From an uncultured Rivularia sp. (lineage in GTDB: Bacteria > Cyanobacteriota > Cyanobacteriia > Cyanobacteriales > Nostocaceae), in the NCBI GenBank assembly GCA_963665115.1, contig OY762007.1, forward strand, positions 3,360,001 to 3,424,000: 64,000 bases of DNA, given 5' to 3'. The notes under the pieces were generated by a model, which was given only the letters and a program-made list of their open reading frames with translations, ran no database searches and was not told where the DNA came from. Shown one piece after another: positions 11,464 through 22,400 of the stretch; position 1 is the stretch's first letter, and every line of letters starts with the position of its first letter. The position numbers and the translations under genes are program-made.

Positions 11464-11658
11464 TTACTTAATTTCCTTGTGAACTGTATGCGTGTTGCAA
11501 TGCGTGCAGAACTTTTTCAATTCCAAACGACTTGTTGTATTTCTACGATTCTTAGTACTCGTATAACGAGAAACTCCAGGCGAACGCTTGTTAGCGTTGC
11601 TGCGACACTCAGTACATTCTAGTGTCACTATTATACGGACACCTTTACTTTTAGCCAT
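11464..11658 (-). CDS. rpmG: 50S ribosomal protein L33
   Basis: LECTEC...[28 protein letters not shown]. Confidence 0.98.
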   Translation of the reverse strand: MAKSKGVRIIVTLECTECRSNANKRSPGVSRYTSTKNRRNTTSRLELKKFCTHCNTHTVHKEIK

Positions 11659-11963
11659 AATAAGACAAACAATTTAAGCTAGCAGATAATAACACAAATA
11701 GCCATTCTCTCACATTCATTCGCCCAATTTCAACTATTTGCCAAATCAAGCATGAAAACAGAAATAGTTGTAGGGTGACGAAATTATAATAATTCCAGAA
11801 TCGCAGTGATGCAAACTCTGTACCACTATCAATTGCGTTTAGGAATCACGCTTAAGTATAGCAGTCGCTTTGCAAAAAATGTCGCTTAAAGCAGCTTATG
11901 TTAAAAGCGCTTTCATTTCCAAGACCTTATGTATTGAAAAAGCAAGACCATAAACGGGCGCGG

Positions 11964-12833
11964 CTACTTCTTGGACTGCGCCTGAATAACGTCGAACTTA
12001 CCATCCGTGCGTACATAGATGATGCTTTCCTCTCCCGCTTTAGACGAGACTTGATGTAGCGACTGTCCCTTAGAGCCGAAATAACTACCTGGCAGCAAAG
12101 TCTTAACGTCAGTCTCATTTGACACTTGGCACTGTGGTTGACCCTGGATTACTACAGCGCGGAACGTCGAGCCGTTGCTACGTATATTTCCAGTAAATCC
12201 AGCCGGTAACTTGACAAGAGTTCCGTTCAACTGACCCTCCTGCGGGCTGCCCCAAAGAAAGGCTACCTTTGCCTTATTTTTAGAAGCTGGCGTTCCTTCA
12301 CTATCGACCCAAACAATGTTCGATACGTCCACGTTAATCGGCTTGTCTTCGCTTTGAAACGCCTTCTCAGGAGGAAGGACGAGATACGGTCCCTCCTCAA
12401 TTTCTATGTACGCCAGGTTTTTGCTGCCCTCGGCAGCTGTAATATGTACACCTCCGGCTGGCTGAGTCCAAAAAGAACCCTTCGGCATCCACATCTTTTC
12501 GGCATTCGGGTCATCGTTGTGAATGGTACCGTTAATAGCCACTCCTCGGTAGGTGATATTGTGAATGTGAGGTGGCGATGAGAAGCCGTCTACAAACTCC
12601 ACGAGGAAACCTGACGCACCGGAGCCAGTGCGATCGCCCCAAAGATTACCAGCCCTCGGGCTATTGTCGCCGCGAGCGGGGTTGAGCGGTCCCCATTCTA
12701 CTTCGGACATCAAGACAACCTGGGAGGTTGTTTCGGCTTCGGGTTTGGGAGTGATGCTGTTGGATGCGACCTGCGAGCCAGTGCAGGCGGCGATTAGGAC
12801 GCTTATAAGTGCTAGTGCTAGAAACTTTCTCAT
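11964..12833 (-). CDS. DUF4437-like bicupin lipoprotein
   Basis: Lipobox LIAAC; LNPARGD.SPRAGNLWGD, SPPHIHNITYRGV, GSFWTQPAGG. Confidence 0.75.
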   Translation of the reverse strand: MRKFLALALISVLIAACTGSQVASNSITPKPEAETTSQVVLMSEVEWGPLNPARGDNSPRAGNLWGDRTGSGASGFLVEFVDGFSSPPHIHNITYRGVAINGTIHNDDPNAEKMWMPKGSFWTQPAGGVHITAAEGSKNLAYIEIEEGPYLVLPPEKAFQSEDKPINVDVSNIVWVDSEGTPASKNKAKVAFLWGSPQEGQLNGTLVKLPAGFTGNIRSNGSTFRAVVIQGQPQCQVSNETDVKTLLPGSYFGSKGQSLHQVSSKAGEESIIYVRTDGKFDVIQAQSKK

Positions 12834-13004
12834 ATTAAGTTTTCTATGTTGACTGCTAAATATTAAGTTAAACCTAATGCTTTCATAGATTTTCCCCTTA
12901 AAGAACAGTTTATTTATAAAAATTCAATGTTTTGATTATTCCTGCTATTTCATGCAATTACAATAGCTAAAAAAGCAAACTATTTTTGATATCGAGTAAA
13001 AAAA

Positions 13005-13026
13005 GAACGGGCAGAATGCCCGTTCC
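13005..13026. terminator. Hairpin downstream of typA
   Basis: GAACGGGCA-GAA-TGCCCGTTC preceded by an A-tract (U-tract on the minus strand). Confidence 0.6.
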
Positions 13027-13093
13027 ATAAAAAATTAATTTGATAATAAAAGCAAAGATCAAAGAAAAATTGACCTTTAACCTTTAACCTAAA

Positions 13094-14885
13094 TTACCGC
13101 TTCGCAAATCTCTTGGACATCTTCCGTAAACGAATTGATTCGGGTGTAATTTCCACCAATTCATCGGGGCCAATATATTCCAAAGCTCTTTCCAAACTCA
13201 TATCTGTAGGTGCTTGCAATTGAACCAATTCATCACCACTAGCAGCACGATGGTTTGTCAGCTGCTTGGTTTTACAAACGTTCAATTCCAAATCTTGAGG
13301 ACGATTATTTTCTCCAATAACCATGCCTTTATAAACTTTGGTGCCGGGAGTAATAAAGTAAGAACCTCTATCCTCAGCGTTTTTCAAAGCATAGAAAGTA
13401 GCAACACCTTCTTCAAAAGATATTAGTACGCCGTTGCGACGAGCAGAAATATCGCCCAAAATCGGACGGTAATCGAGGAAACTGTGGTTCATGATGCCGT
13501 CACCGCGAGTGATACGCATAAATTCACCACGGAAACCAATCAAACCACGAGCAGGAATGATGAATTCTAATTGAGAACGTCCGGTACCACCCATTTGCAT
13601 ATCTTGCATTTCACCTTTGCGCTGTCCGAGTCGTTCGATACAGCCACCAACGGCTTCTTCGGAAACGTCTAAAGCCAAGAGTTCGTAAGGTTCGCAAGGC
13701 TGCCCGTTGACTTCGCGGTAAATTACCTGTGGCTGGGATACCTGAAACTCATAACCTTCGCGGCGCATGGTTTCAATTAAAATACCCAAGTGAAGTTCAC
13801 CACGTCCGGAAACGCTAAAGCGATCGGGTGAATCGGTTTCTTCAACGCGCAAAGCTACATTAGTTTGCAACTCACGCATCAAACGATCTCTTATCTGCCG
13901 AGAAGTCACAAAATCCCCTTCCTGACCGCAAAATGGCGAATCGTTCACGGAGAAAGTCATTTGTAAAGTAGGTTCGTCCACTTTAATCAGTGGCAACGCA
14001 CGGGGTTCGTTGGGACAGGTAATGGTTTCTCCGATATTCGCATCAGCAAAACCTGCTACAGCAACAAGATTACCAGCGGATGATTTTTCTAATTCCACCC
14101 GTGCTAAACCTTCAAAACCAAGTAGCTTACTAATTTTGGATTTGACAACTTTACCGTCTTCTTTAACCAAAGCCGCTTGCTGTCCGGCGTTGATGGTACC
14201 GTTGTGAATTCTACCAATTACAATTCTTCCCAAGTACTCGGAATAATCCAGAGTTGTCACCTGTAATTGTAAAGGCTTTTCTGGGTCGCCAACTGGTGGG
14301 GGAACGTGACGTAAAATTCCCTCAAATAAAGGTTTCATATCACTGGATTCATCTTCGAGTTCTTTTTTAGCGAAACCTGCTAAACCAGAAGCGAACAAAT
14401 AAGGGAAATCGCATTGGTCATCATCTGCTCCTAATTCCAAGAACAAATCCAATACTTTATCAACTGCGACGTGGGGATCTGCTCGGGGACGGTCAATTTT
14501 GTTAACTACAACAATCGGACGTAATCCTTTTTCCAAAGCTTTCTTCAACACAAAGCGTGTTTGAGGCATGGGACCCTTCATTTGCATCCACGATCAGGAC
14601 GCAACCGTCCACCATACCCAATACCCGTTCAACTTCTCCACCGAAGTCAGCATGTCCGGGGGTATCAACAATATTAATTAAAGTTTCTTTGTAGCGAACG
14701 GCAGTATTTTTAGAAAGAATCGTAATTCCTCTTTCTCTTTCCAAATCGTTTGAATCCATAACGCAATCCGGAACGTCTTCCCCTTCACGGAAAATGCCAG
14801 ATTGTTTGAGCAGGGAATCAACGAGGGTTGTTTTGCCGTGGTCTACGTGAGCGATAATAGCGACGTTACGGATTGGGAGCGTCAT
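13094..14885 (-). CDS. typA: Translational GTPase TypA/BipA, split by one extra base at 14574-14576; ~596 aa repaired
   Basis: [36 protein letters not shown]; repair gives [13 protein letters not shown]. Confidence 0.96.
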
Positions 14886-15032
14886 AATTGCGTCCGATGT
14901 ACTGCGGGTTTTATATTTTAATCATGTGAAGGCTGTATTAACAGAATTCGGATAAAAATGGTAATTCTGTAAACATCCCTTAACAATTCTATCTTACTCT
15001 TTCCGTTTGAAGTGAGATTTGGTAATCGCGAA

Positions 15033-15074
15033 TTGGGCATTGGCAATTGGGCATTGGGCATTGGGCATTGGGCA
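15033..15074. repeat. STRR (TTGGGCA)n
   Basis: Tandem heptamers, reverse complement of the 2468 array. Confidence 0.9.
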
Positions 15075-15208
15075 TGGTACAAAGTTAGGAGTTAAGACGG
15101 GAGTAGTAAGTAGCAAGTAGAGAGTAGCGAGTAGCGAGTTATAAATTATTTTCTCCTTATCTTCCTATCCCCCATCCCTTCTCCCATTACCTATTACCAA
15201 CCTAAAAA

Positions 15209-15841
15209 ATGCCCCACATAGTTCTACTTGGTGATTCAATTTTTGATAATGCTGCTTATGTTGGAGAAAATCCTAATGTGATTAAGCAGTTACAGATGAA
15301 ACTTCCCAAGGATTGGAATACCAGCTTGAACGCGATTGATGGGAATAAAGTTGATGATGTTTATGCTCAATTGAAAAAATTACCCGAAGATACAACTCAT
15401 TTGGTTTTGAGTGTCGGAGGAAATGATGCGCTTAGTTGTATTGGTATTTTAAATGAGAAAGTAGCTTCTTCTGCTGAAGTTTTTATTAAACTAGCTAACT
15501 TAAGAGAAGACTTTGAAAACCAGTATCGCAAATTGTTACGAAGAACTTTAAGCCTCGGTATACCTACAGCTATTTGTACTATTTATAATCCGAATTATCC
15601 CGAATCAACTTATCAAAGAATTGGAGTTGCTGCTTTAGCTATTTTCAACGATGTAATTATTCGACAAGCTTTTCAAAATGGTATTCCGCTAATTGATTTG
15701 AGATTAACTTGTAATGAAGCTACCGATTACGCAAATCCAATTGAACCTTCAAGCGCTGGTGGTGAAAAAATAGTGAATGCGATTGTTAATGCTGTTTTTG
15801 AGCATAATTTTGAGAAGCATTATACTCAGGTTTTTTATTAA
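15209..15841 (+). CDS. SGNH/GDSL hydrolase
   Basis: LLGDSIFDN, SVGGND, NPIEPS. Confidence 0.85.
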   Translation: MPHIVLLGDSIFDNAAYVGENPNVIKQLQMKLPKDWNTSLNAIDGNKVDDVYAQLKKLPEDTTHLVLSVGGNDALSCIGILNEKVASSAEVFIKLANLREDFENQYRKLLRRTLSLGIPTAICTIYNPNYPESTYQRIGVAALAIFNDVIIRQAFQNGIPLIDLRLTCNEATDYANPIEPSSAGGEKIVNAIVNAVFEHNFEKHYTQVFY

Positions 15842-15872
15842 ATAGAAAACAGCATCTAAAATCTATGGAATT

Positions 15873-16370
15873 TTAATTAATAGATACAAAATTTATTAAT
15901 TCATTAGCGATACTTCTCCACCACCAGATATATTCATTTTCGGAAGTAGTCGCAGTATTAGTGACTAAATTTACTGCTCTTAAACCAGGACAAGAATTAA
16001 ATTCTATTTCCACAATCTTTCTATCAGATTTTGCACTTAAAGTATATTGTCCATCAGTTAAAAAAACATGGTGTTCGTAATTCTCTGGTTTTTGAATAAG
16101 TTCTTCAAGGTAGGTATAATAATCTATTAGGAATTCAGCATCGCTTTCAACATACAAGAACATTCCCCCACCATCAAAATACTTAGCCAAACCTCCATAT
16201 AAGTAGGTAGGCTAGAATAAACCAAACTATGTAAAGGAATGTAAAATCCTCAAAGTGCTTGTGATGATCCACACCTTCGGTGAATGCTTCGTTTCACTCC
16301 GTTCCACTCGCAATGACATAGTTATAAATTTTCCCACCCACCTACTTAGTGATATATATTCATATCCCAT
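15873..16370 (-). pseudogene. Hypothetical gene interrupted near its 5' end by a MITE (residual ORF 15873-16190)
   Basis: Removing the element plus one TA joins ATG 16370 in frame: MGYEYISLYGG-LAKYFDGGG. Confidence 0.6.
16200..16348. mobile_element. MITE with TA target duplication
   Basis: TA-AGTAGGTAGG...CCCACCTACT-TA inverted ends; no coding capacity. Confidence 0.8.
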
Positions 16371-16532
16371 GCTAAATATTTTTTCCTAAAGTCACGAGAA
16401 TCTAAGCCATTTAAATTTTGAACTGTTCGAGGTAAAATATTAGTTTAGTTGTTAATTCTGCTGTTTTTGCATTCATTAAATTTACATTTTGCGGTCAATA
16501 ATTATCAGTAGATGGACTTAGAATTCCTTGCT

Positions 16533-17165
16533 TCAATCATAATTCCGCATCCCCTGAGCCACAAATTTCACTAGGCGAGCTATCGCAATTTCTATCTCTT
16601 CCGAAGAATTTCCAGTAATCACTTTATCTGACTGACCAAATTGATTTACAGTACGAATTATTATGGCGATCGCTAAGTCTAATTTCCAAGTTAGTTCGGT
16701 ACGGGTTTGGTCGGGAAGCGCTCTTTGTAGAATATCTAAAAATCGTCGCTGGCTTTCATGAAATTCTTTGTCTGCAAGTTGCTGTATTGGCAAAGGTTCC
16801 GCACGACAACGACCCATAAATTGAGCGCGAACTATTCCTGGTTCTCCCATCTGGGTTATTACCCTCAAAGGAGGACCGTAAAATGCTTCTAGAATATTCT
16901 CTAGTGATGGTGGTTCTTCTAGATTTTCATATTCGGCAAGCTTCTCTAGCTGAGATGCTACTATCTGTTGAGCAGTTCTTCGCACAACTGCAATAAAAAG
17001 CTCTTCTTTTGAACCAAAATGGTAGTGAACGGCAGCAATATTAACTTCTGCTTCCCGAATCACGTTACGTAAACTTGTCCCAGCAAAACCTTTTTCTCCA
17101 AATAACCGCTCCGCAACGTTAATTATTTGTTCTTTTGTATCAACAGTTGTTACATTATTTTTCAT
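16533..17165 (-). CDS. TetR/AcrR family regulator
   Basis: AERLFGEKGFAGTSLRNVIREAEVNIAAVHYHFGSKEEL. Confidence 0.92.
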   Translation of the reverse strand: MKNNVTTVDTKEQIINVAERLFGEKGFAGTSLRNVIREAEVNIAAVHYHFGSKEELFIAVVRRTAQQIVASQLEKLAEYENLEEPPSLENILEAFYGPPLRVITQMGEPGIVRAQFMGRCRAEPLPIQQLADKEFHESQRRFLDILQRALPDQTRTELTWKLDLAIAIIIRTVNQFGQSDKVITGNSSEEIEIAIARLVKFVAQGMRNYD

Positions 17166-17170
17166 TTAAA

Positions 17171-17186
17171 TCAAACGTTTGAATGA
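17171..17186. promoter_or_regulatory. Putative TetR operator
   Basis: TCAAAC-GTTT-GAATGA immediately upstream of the tetR ATG; matches the two sites at 17575-17613. Confidence 0.6.
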
Positions 17187-17276
17187 TGCGTGATTTTAAT
17201 TAATTATAGTTGACTGACTTATAAACGTCCCGTTCCGATTTTACGGCATACAGGACAGGTATTGGGCAAAATATAT

Positions 17277-17416
17277 GGCGTTGCTGATTAAAAGTATGAT
17301 TTGCCCCCCAACCTCCAATTTTGGGAGAGCAAACTAATTTAAAGTTCCCCAGAATTGGGGAATTTAGGGGGCTAGTAAATATGAGAAAAAAATTTATACT
17401 TCAATTCAGCAATGCC
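17277..17416. mobile_element. 140-bp MITE with 8-bp target-site duplication
   Basis: TIRs GGCGTTGCTGATTAAAAGTATGA / GGCATTGCTGAATTGAAGTATAA; AAATATAT at 17269-17276 and 17417-17424. Confidence 0.9.
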
Positions 17417-17574
17417 AAATATATTAAATGATAACTGTGCTATCGGCTATGTAAATCTATAGAAAAGAAAGTAGAATGCCTTGCTTATGGTAATTGCATT
17501 ATAGCTGCAAAAGTGGTTATAAGAATTCGTGGTAATTGCCGGAAAGTATGTATGCAATTCAACAATTGTATCTA

Positions 17575-17613
17575 TCAAACGTATGATTGACGATTATTAA
17601 AACGTGTGTTTGA
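17575..17613. promoter_or_regulatory. Tandem putative TetR operators over the efflux promoter
   Basis: TCAAAC-GTAT-GATTGA and TAAAAC-GTGT-GTTTGA, overlapping -35-like TTGACG. Confidence 0.65.
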
Positions 17614-17669
17614 ATTGTATGCATGAGAAAACCTATTTCAGCAACTAAGCCCCACTGGAGGTAAATACC

Positions 17670-19064
17670 ATGAACCCAGATTTTACTCCGAATTCCCAGA
17701 TATCAGGTGATGAAACACTCTTAGATGGCGGATATTCTCAAGATATAGAAAATCAGCATCGAGATTATTCTAAGTTGCTTCGCTATGGAATGTTGGGTTT
17801 GCTGGGGTTGATGGTAGTAGTGGGTGCTGTGTTTGGTGCAAATAATTTAGTTAAAACAGAACCTGAAACAAAAGAAGTTGCTGTAGCGAAAGCTTTGCCA
17901 GTTATAACTTTACGAGCAAAACCTGTGGATTCCTATCAAGTGATGCGGACTTACACTGGTGAAATCGCTGCTATTCGGACTAGCGAGTTGGGGTTTGAAC
18001 GAGGTGGGAAGTTAGTTAACGTTTTTGTCAAAGAGGGCGATCGCCTTAAATCGGGACAGTCAATTGCAAAGCTTGATGTGAGTAATTTGCAGATGCAAAA
18101 GTTGCAATTAGAAGCTCAAAAAGCCCAAGCACAAGCTAGATTAGATGAATTTGTTGCAGGTCCTCGTCAGCAAGATATTGCAGCTGCTCGCGCAGCAGTT
18201 GATGATATTAAACAGCAGTTGCAGTTACAAAGAACTAAATTAAAAAGACGAAAGTATCTTTATGGTGAAGGAGCGATTGCGCGAGAACAACTTGATGAAA
18301 TTGCTTTTGGAGAAAATTCTTTAAACGCTCGTTTGAGACAAGCTCAAAGTAATTTAAATGAACTTTTAGCAGGAACTCGTACAGAGCAAATAGCCGCACA
18401 GCGAGCAGCTGTAAAACAATTAGAGGCAAGTATATCAGACTTAGAAATTAATATAGCTAAAAGTACAATCAAAGCACCATTTGCGGGTATTGTTTCCGCT
18501 CGTCAAATCGATGAAGGAACGGTAGTTAATACAGGTCAAGCAGTGGTGAGATTAGTAGAAAATACTAGTCCAGAAGCTAGAATTGGAATACCGACAACTG
18601 TAGTTAATAGATTGCGAGTTGGTAGTAATCAAAGAGTAGAAATTAATAATCAGAATTATTCAGCAATAATCGCTTCAATTTTGCCAGAAGTTAATCCCAA
18701 TACTCGCACTCAAGTAGTCGTATTAAAATTAGAATCTTCTTTAATATCTCAAATTAATCCCGGTCAAACAGTTAGATTAAAATTGACAGATACAATTCCT
18801 ACAGAAGGATTTTGGTTGCCAAATAAAGCTTTAACTCAAGGATTGCGAGGACTTTGGACTTGTTATGTTTTAATAAAGCCTTCTTCAGAAAATACCAATA
18901 CTCCTAGAGATGCTTTTGTGCTTGAACAGCGAACCGTAGAAGTATTGCATCAAGAAAGCGACAGAGTTTTGGTAAGAGGAACTTTGCAACCAGAAGACAA
19001 AATTGTTGCAAACGGTGTTCATCGATTAGTTCCCGGTCAGATTGTGCGTCCGATTGGGGAATAA
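17670..19064 (+). CDS. RND efflux periplasmic adaptor (membrane fusion protein)
   Basis: N-terminal TM helix, SELGFERGGKL..VKEGD, coiled coil, IKAPFAGIV; GGAGG RBS. Confidence 0.92.
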   Translation: MNPDFTPNSQISGDETLLDGGYSQDIENQHRDYSKLLRYGMLGLLGLMVVVGAVFGANNLVKTEPETKEVAVAKALPVITLRAKPVDSYQVMRTYTGEIAAIRTSELGFERGGKLVNVFVKEGDRLKSGQSIAKLDVSNLQMQKLQLEAQKAQAQARLDEFVAGPRQQDIAAARAAVDDIKQQLQLQRTKLKRRKYLYGEGAIAREQLDEIAFGENSLNARLRQAQSNLNELLAGTRTEQIAAQRAAVKQLEASISDLEINIAKSTIKAPFAGIVSARQIDEGTVVNTGQAVVRLVENTSPEARIGIPTTVVNRLRVGSNQRVEINNQNYSAIIASILPEVNPNTRTQVVVLKLESSLISQINPGQTVRLKLTDTIPTEGFWLPNKALTQGLRGLWTCYVLIKPSSENTNTPRDAFVLEQRTVEVLHQESDRVLVRGTLQPEDKIVANGVHRLVPGQIVRPIGE

Positions 19065-19065
19065 G

Positions 19066-19116
19066 AAGAGAGAGGGGGTAGAGGGGGAGAGGGGGTAGAG
19101 GGGGTAGAGGGGGTAG
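19066..19116. repeat. G-rich 9-mer tandem repeat (AGGGGGTAG)n
   Basis: Tandem units; reverse complement of the 62258-62293 array. Confidence 0.85.
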
Positions 19117-19176
19117 GAAAATTAATTTTTAACTCTTTTAATCCAAATGTAATTGACAGTTTTCTTAATACATAAT

Positions 19177-19240
19177 GGTGCGTTACGGCATTATCAAAGG
19201 AATAATCTTTCAATTGAATCACCTAGTACCGTAACACAAC
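19177..19240. repeat. Dispersed inverted-repeat element, family C
   Basis: GGTGCGTTACGGCA...TACCGTAACACAAC; related copies at 44990 and 53449. Confidence 0.7.
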
Positions 19241-19412
19241 GGCAATATTGCGGGAAGAGAATCTACACCCTCCGGGTTCAACAGTTGCACTCTGCGAGAA
19301 AGCCTCCGGCTTACATGGGGGAAACCCCCAAGACCGCAATTTGCCTCCCCTACAAACTCACTACTTTCTACTTGCTACTTACTACTCATAATTCCTAACT
19401 CCTAACTTAATC

Positions 19413-22400
19413 ATGGTTCTTCCTTTTTTTCGCAATGTCCGTTTGCTAATCCTAACTTTTGTATTAATCATATTCTGGGGACTTTCTGCGTTTCAATCTT
19501 TACCGCGTCAGGAAGATCCGCAGTTGGTAGCTCGGACTGCTATTGTTACTACTGTTTTTCCTGGAGCTAGTGCAGAACGGGTGGAAGCGCTGGTGACTGA
19601 AGTGATTGAATCGGAGATGTCTGAGATTGAGGAAATTGATACTATTACTTCTGATTCTCGGGTTGGTTTATCTACGGTTTCGATTGAATTAAAGCAGACT
19701 ATAAGTAAAGCGAAACCTATTTGGACGCGGGTAAGGGATAAGTTAGCGGATGCATCTCCACAGTTTCCACCGGGGGTGCTGGAACCGGATTTAAATGAAA
19801 CGGAGACGCGAGCTTATGCTGTGATTGCATCTTTGGTTTGGGAAGGAGACGAGCCTAATTATGCAATTTTACGGCGTTTTGCTGAGGAATTAGATGTTCA
19901 AATTCGAGGTGTGGGAGGAACGGAGAAGGTTGATACTTTTGGTTTTCCTTCGGAGGAAGTAACTGTTGAGATTAATCCATCGGATTTAGCAGCAGTTGGA
20001 TTAAATGCTCGTCAGTTATCGCAGCAAATATTGCAAAGTGATGCTAAAACTAGCGCTGGACAACTTCGTAGTCCGAATAATACTTTAGCTATTGAGGTGG
20101 AAGGGGAACTTAATTCTCTGGAACGAATTCGTCAAATTCCAATTTCTTCGACTAACAACGGACAGTTTACTCGTTTAGGTGATATTGCAAGAGTTACTAG
20201 AGGTATCAGAGAACCTGTATCTGAATTGGCTTTGATTGGTAGTAAACCAGGGGTTAGTTTGGGAGTGTTGATGGAGTCGGGAAACCGGATTGATTTATGG
20301 GCTAAAAGAATTCGCGAACAAATAGAAGATTTTCGTCAGCGTCTACCAAATGGGGTCAAGCTAGAAGTCCTTTTCGACCAAAGTAGTTATGTTGAAACCC
20401 GTTTGGATAATTTGATTTCAAATCTATTATTTAGTGCTTTTCTTGTAGTTGCTGTAACTTTTGTGGGGATGGGTTGGAGGTCTTCTATTATTGTTGGTGC
20501 AGCACTACCATTAACAGTATTTGCGGTATTTGGTGAATTGCAGATTTTCAATATTCCGATTCATCAAATGTCAGTTTCGGGATTGATTATTGCTTTAGGT
20601 TTGTTGATTGATAACGCAATTGTTGTTGTCGATGAAATTCAGGTCGAACTGGAACATGGATTAAAGCCAAAGGATGCTGTGGTGAAAACTGTTAATTATT
20701 TAACGGTTCCTTTGCTGACATCGAGTTTAACTACAATTCTTACCTTCTTACCAATTGGTTTATTACCGGGAGAAGCGGGAGAATTTGTTGGTTCCATCGC
20801 TTGGGGTGTAATTATGTCCCTGGTTTCTTCTCTGGTAATCTCTTTGACGGTGATTGCTGCTCTCTCAGGTCGTTTTTTGGCTAAAACTCAAGTTGATGAG
20901 GAAGATATTCGTCCAAAACGCAAATCTGCTAAATCTCGACTTTTAACAAAATTAAAAAATCCCGATGCTTGGTGGAATTCAGGCTTTTCTTCACCTTTTT
21001 TGGGTCGGATTTATCGCAAAACTTTAAACTGGGCTACAGCAAAACCTTTAATTGCGATTGTTTTAACAATGATATTACCCGTAATGGGTTTTATAAATGT
21101 TGGTTCTCTACCGACGCAGTTTTTTCCTTCTCTAGCTCGCGACCAGTTTCAAATTGAAGTCGAGTTTCCCGCTCAAACTTCTATTGCTCAAAGTCGCGAG
21201 GATGTATTATTGGCTCGTAAATTAATTCAAGAACATTCCGAGGTTGAGGAAGTTCACTGGTTTGTTGGAGAAAGCGCTCCCAAGTTTTACTACAACTTTA
21301 CTGGTGGAATCAAAAATGCTGCTTACTACGCTCAAGCAATGGTACAGCTAAATACAAATAAAGGGGTTCCGCAATTAATTCGGACTTTACAAGATGAGTT
21401 AGATTCAGCATTCCCTAGCGCTAGAGTTTTAGTTAAACAATTAGAGCAAGGACCACCATTTGAAGCTCCGGTGGAAATGAGAATTTTTGGCTCTGACATA
21501 CAACAATTACGAATATTGGGTAGTCAAGTAAGGGAAATTTTGACACAGATACCCGATGTTACCCATGTAAGAGATGATTTGACCGAAACTTTACCCAAGT
21601 TGGGATTAGAAGTAGACGAAGAACAAGCAAGATTAGTCGGACTTGATAATAGAGCGATCGCGCAACAGTTAGAAAGTTATTTGGAAGGTTCCGTTGGTGG
21701 TTCGATTCTGGAATCTACAGAGAATTTACCTGTAAGAGTAAGAATTGCTAATTCAAATCGAGGAGATTTATCTCAGATTGCTTCGCTTAATTTACAGCCA
21801 ACTCAACAAGGTGGTACCGAACCAAATTTACGTCCTTTATCAGCACTAGGGAAGTTTAATCTGGTTCCCCAATTAGCAAAAATTTCCCGACGTAACGAAC
21901 AAAGAGTTAACACCGTTCAAGCTTTTATTTCTGCTGGGGTTTTACCTTCAGTAGTTCTGGGAGAATTACAAGAACGTTTGGAAACACAGGAATTTGAATC
22001 CAAACTACCTCCTGGATACAGATATGAATTCGGTGGAGAACAAGCAGAAAGCGGAGAAGCTACGGGAAATCTCATGTCTACGGTGGGATTGCTGGGGTTA
22101 ATTATGGTAATTACCCTAGTGCTATCCTTGGGTTCCTTCCGAATGGCTGGAATTGTGTTTGCTGTTGGAGTGGGTTCGGTTGGTTTGGCTTTATTTGCTC
22201 TGTGGGTTTTTGGTTCGGTATTCGGATTTATGGCAATTGTCGGGACAATGGGTTTGATTGGGATTGCTATTAACGGTGCAATTATTATTTTGTCAGCCTT
22301 TAATGAAGATGAAGCAGCTAAGAATGGTGATGTTAAAGCAGTCCGGGAAGTTGTAGTTAAAGCAACACGTCACGTCTTAACTACAACTATTACTACAATG

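Noticed and set aside
13094..14885. typA and recQ as true pseudogenes or programmed frameshifts
   Set aside because: No other decay and no slippery heptamer; a one-base deletion restores full length, so sequencing error is more likely.
19037..19398. ORFs 19037-19222 and 19153-19398
   Set aside because: Read through tandem and dispersed repeats between the RND genes.
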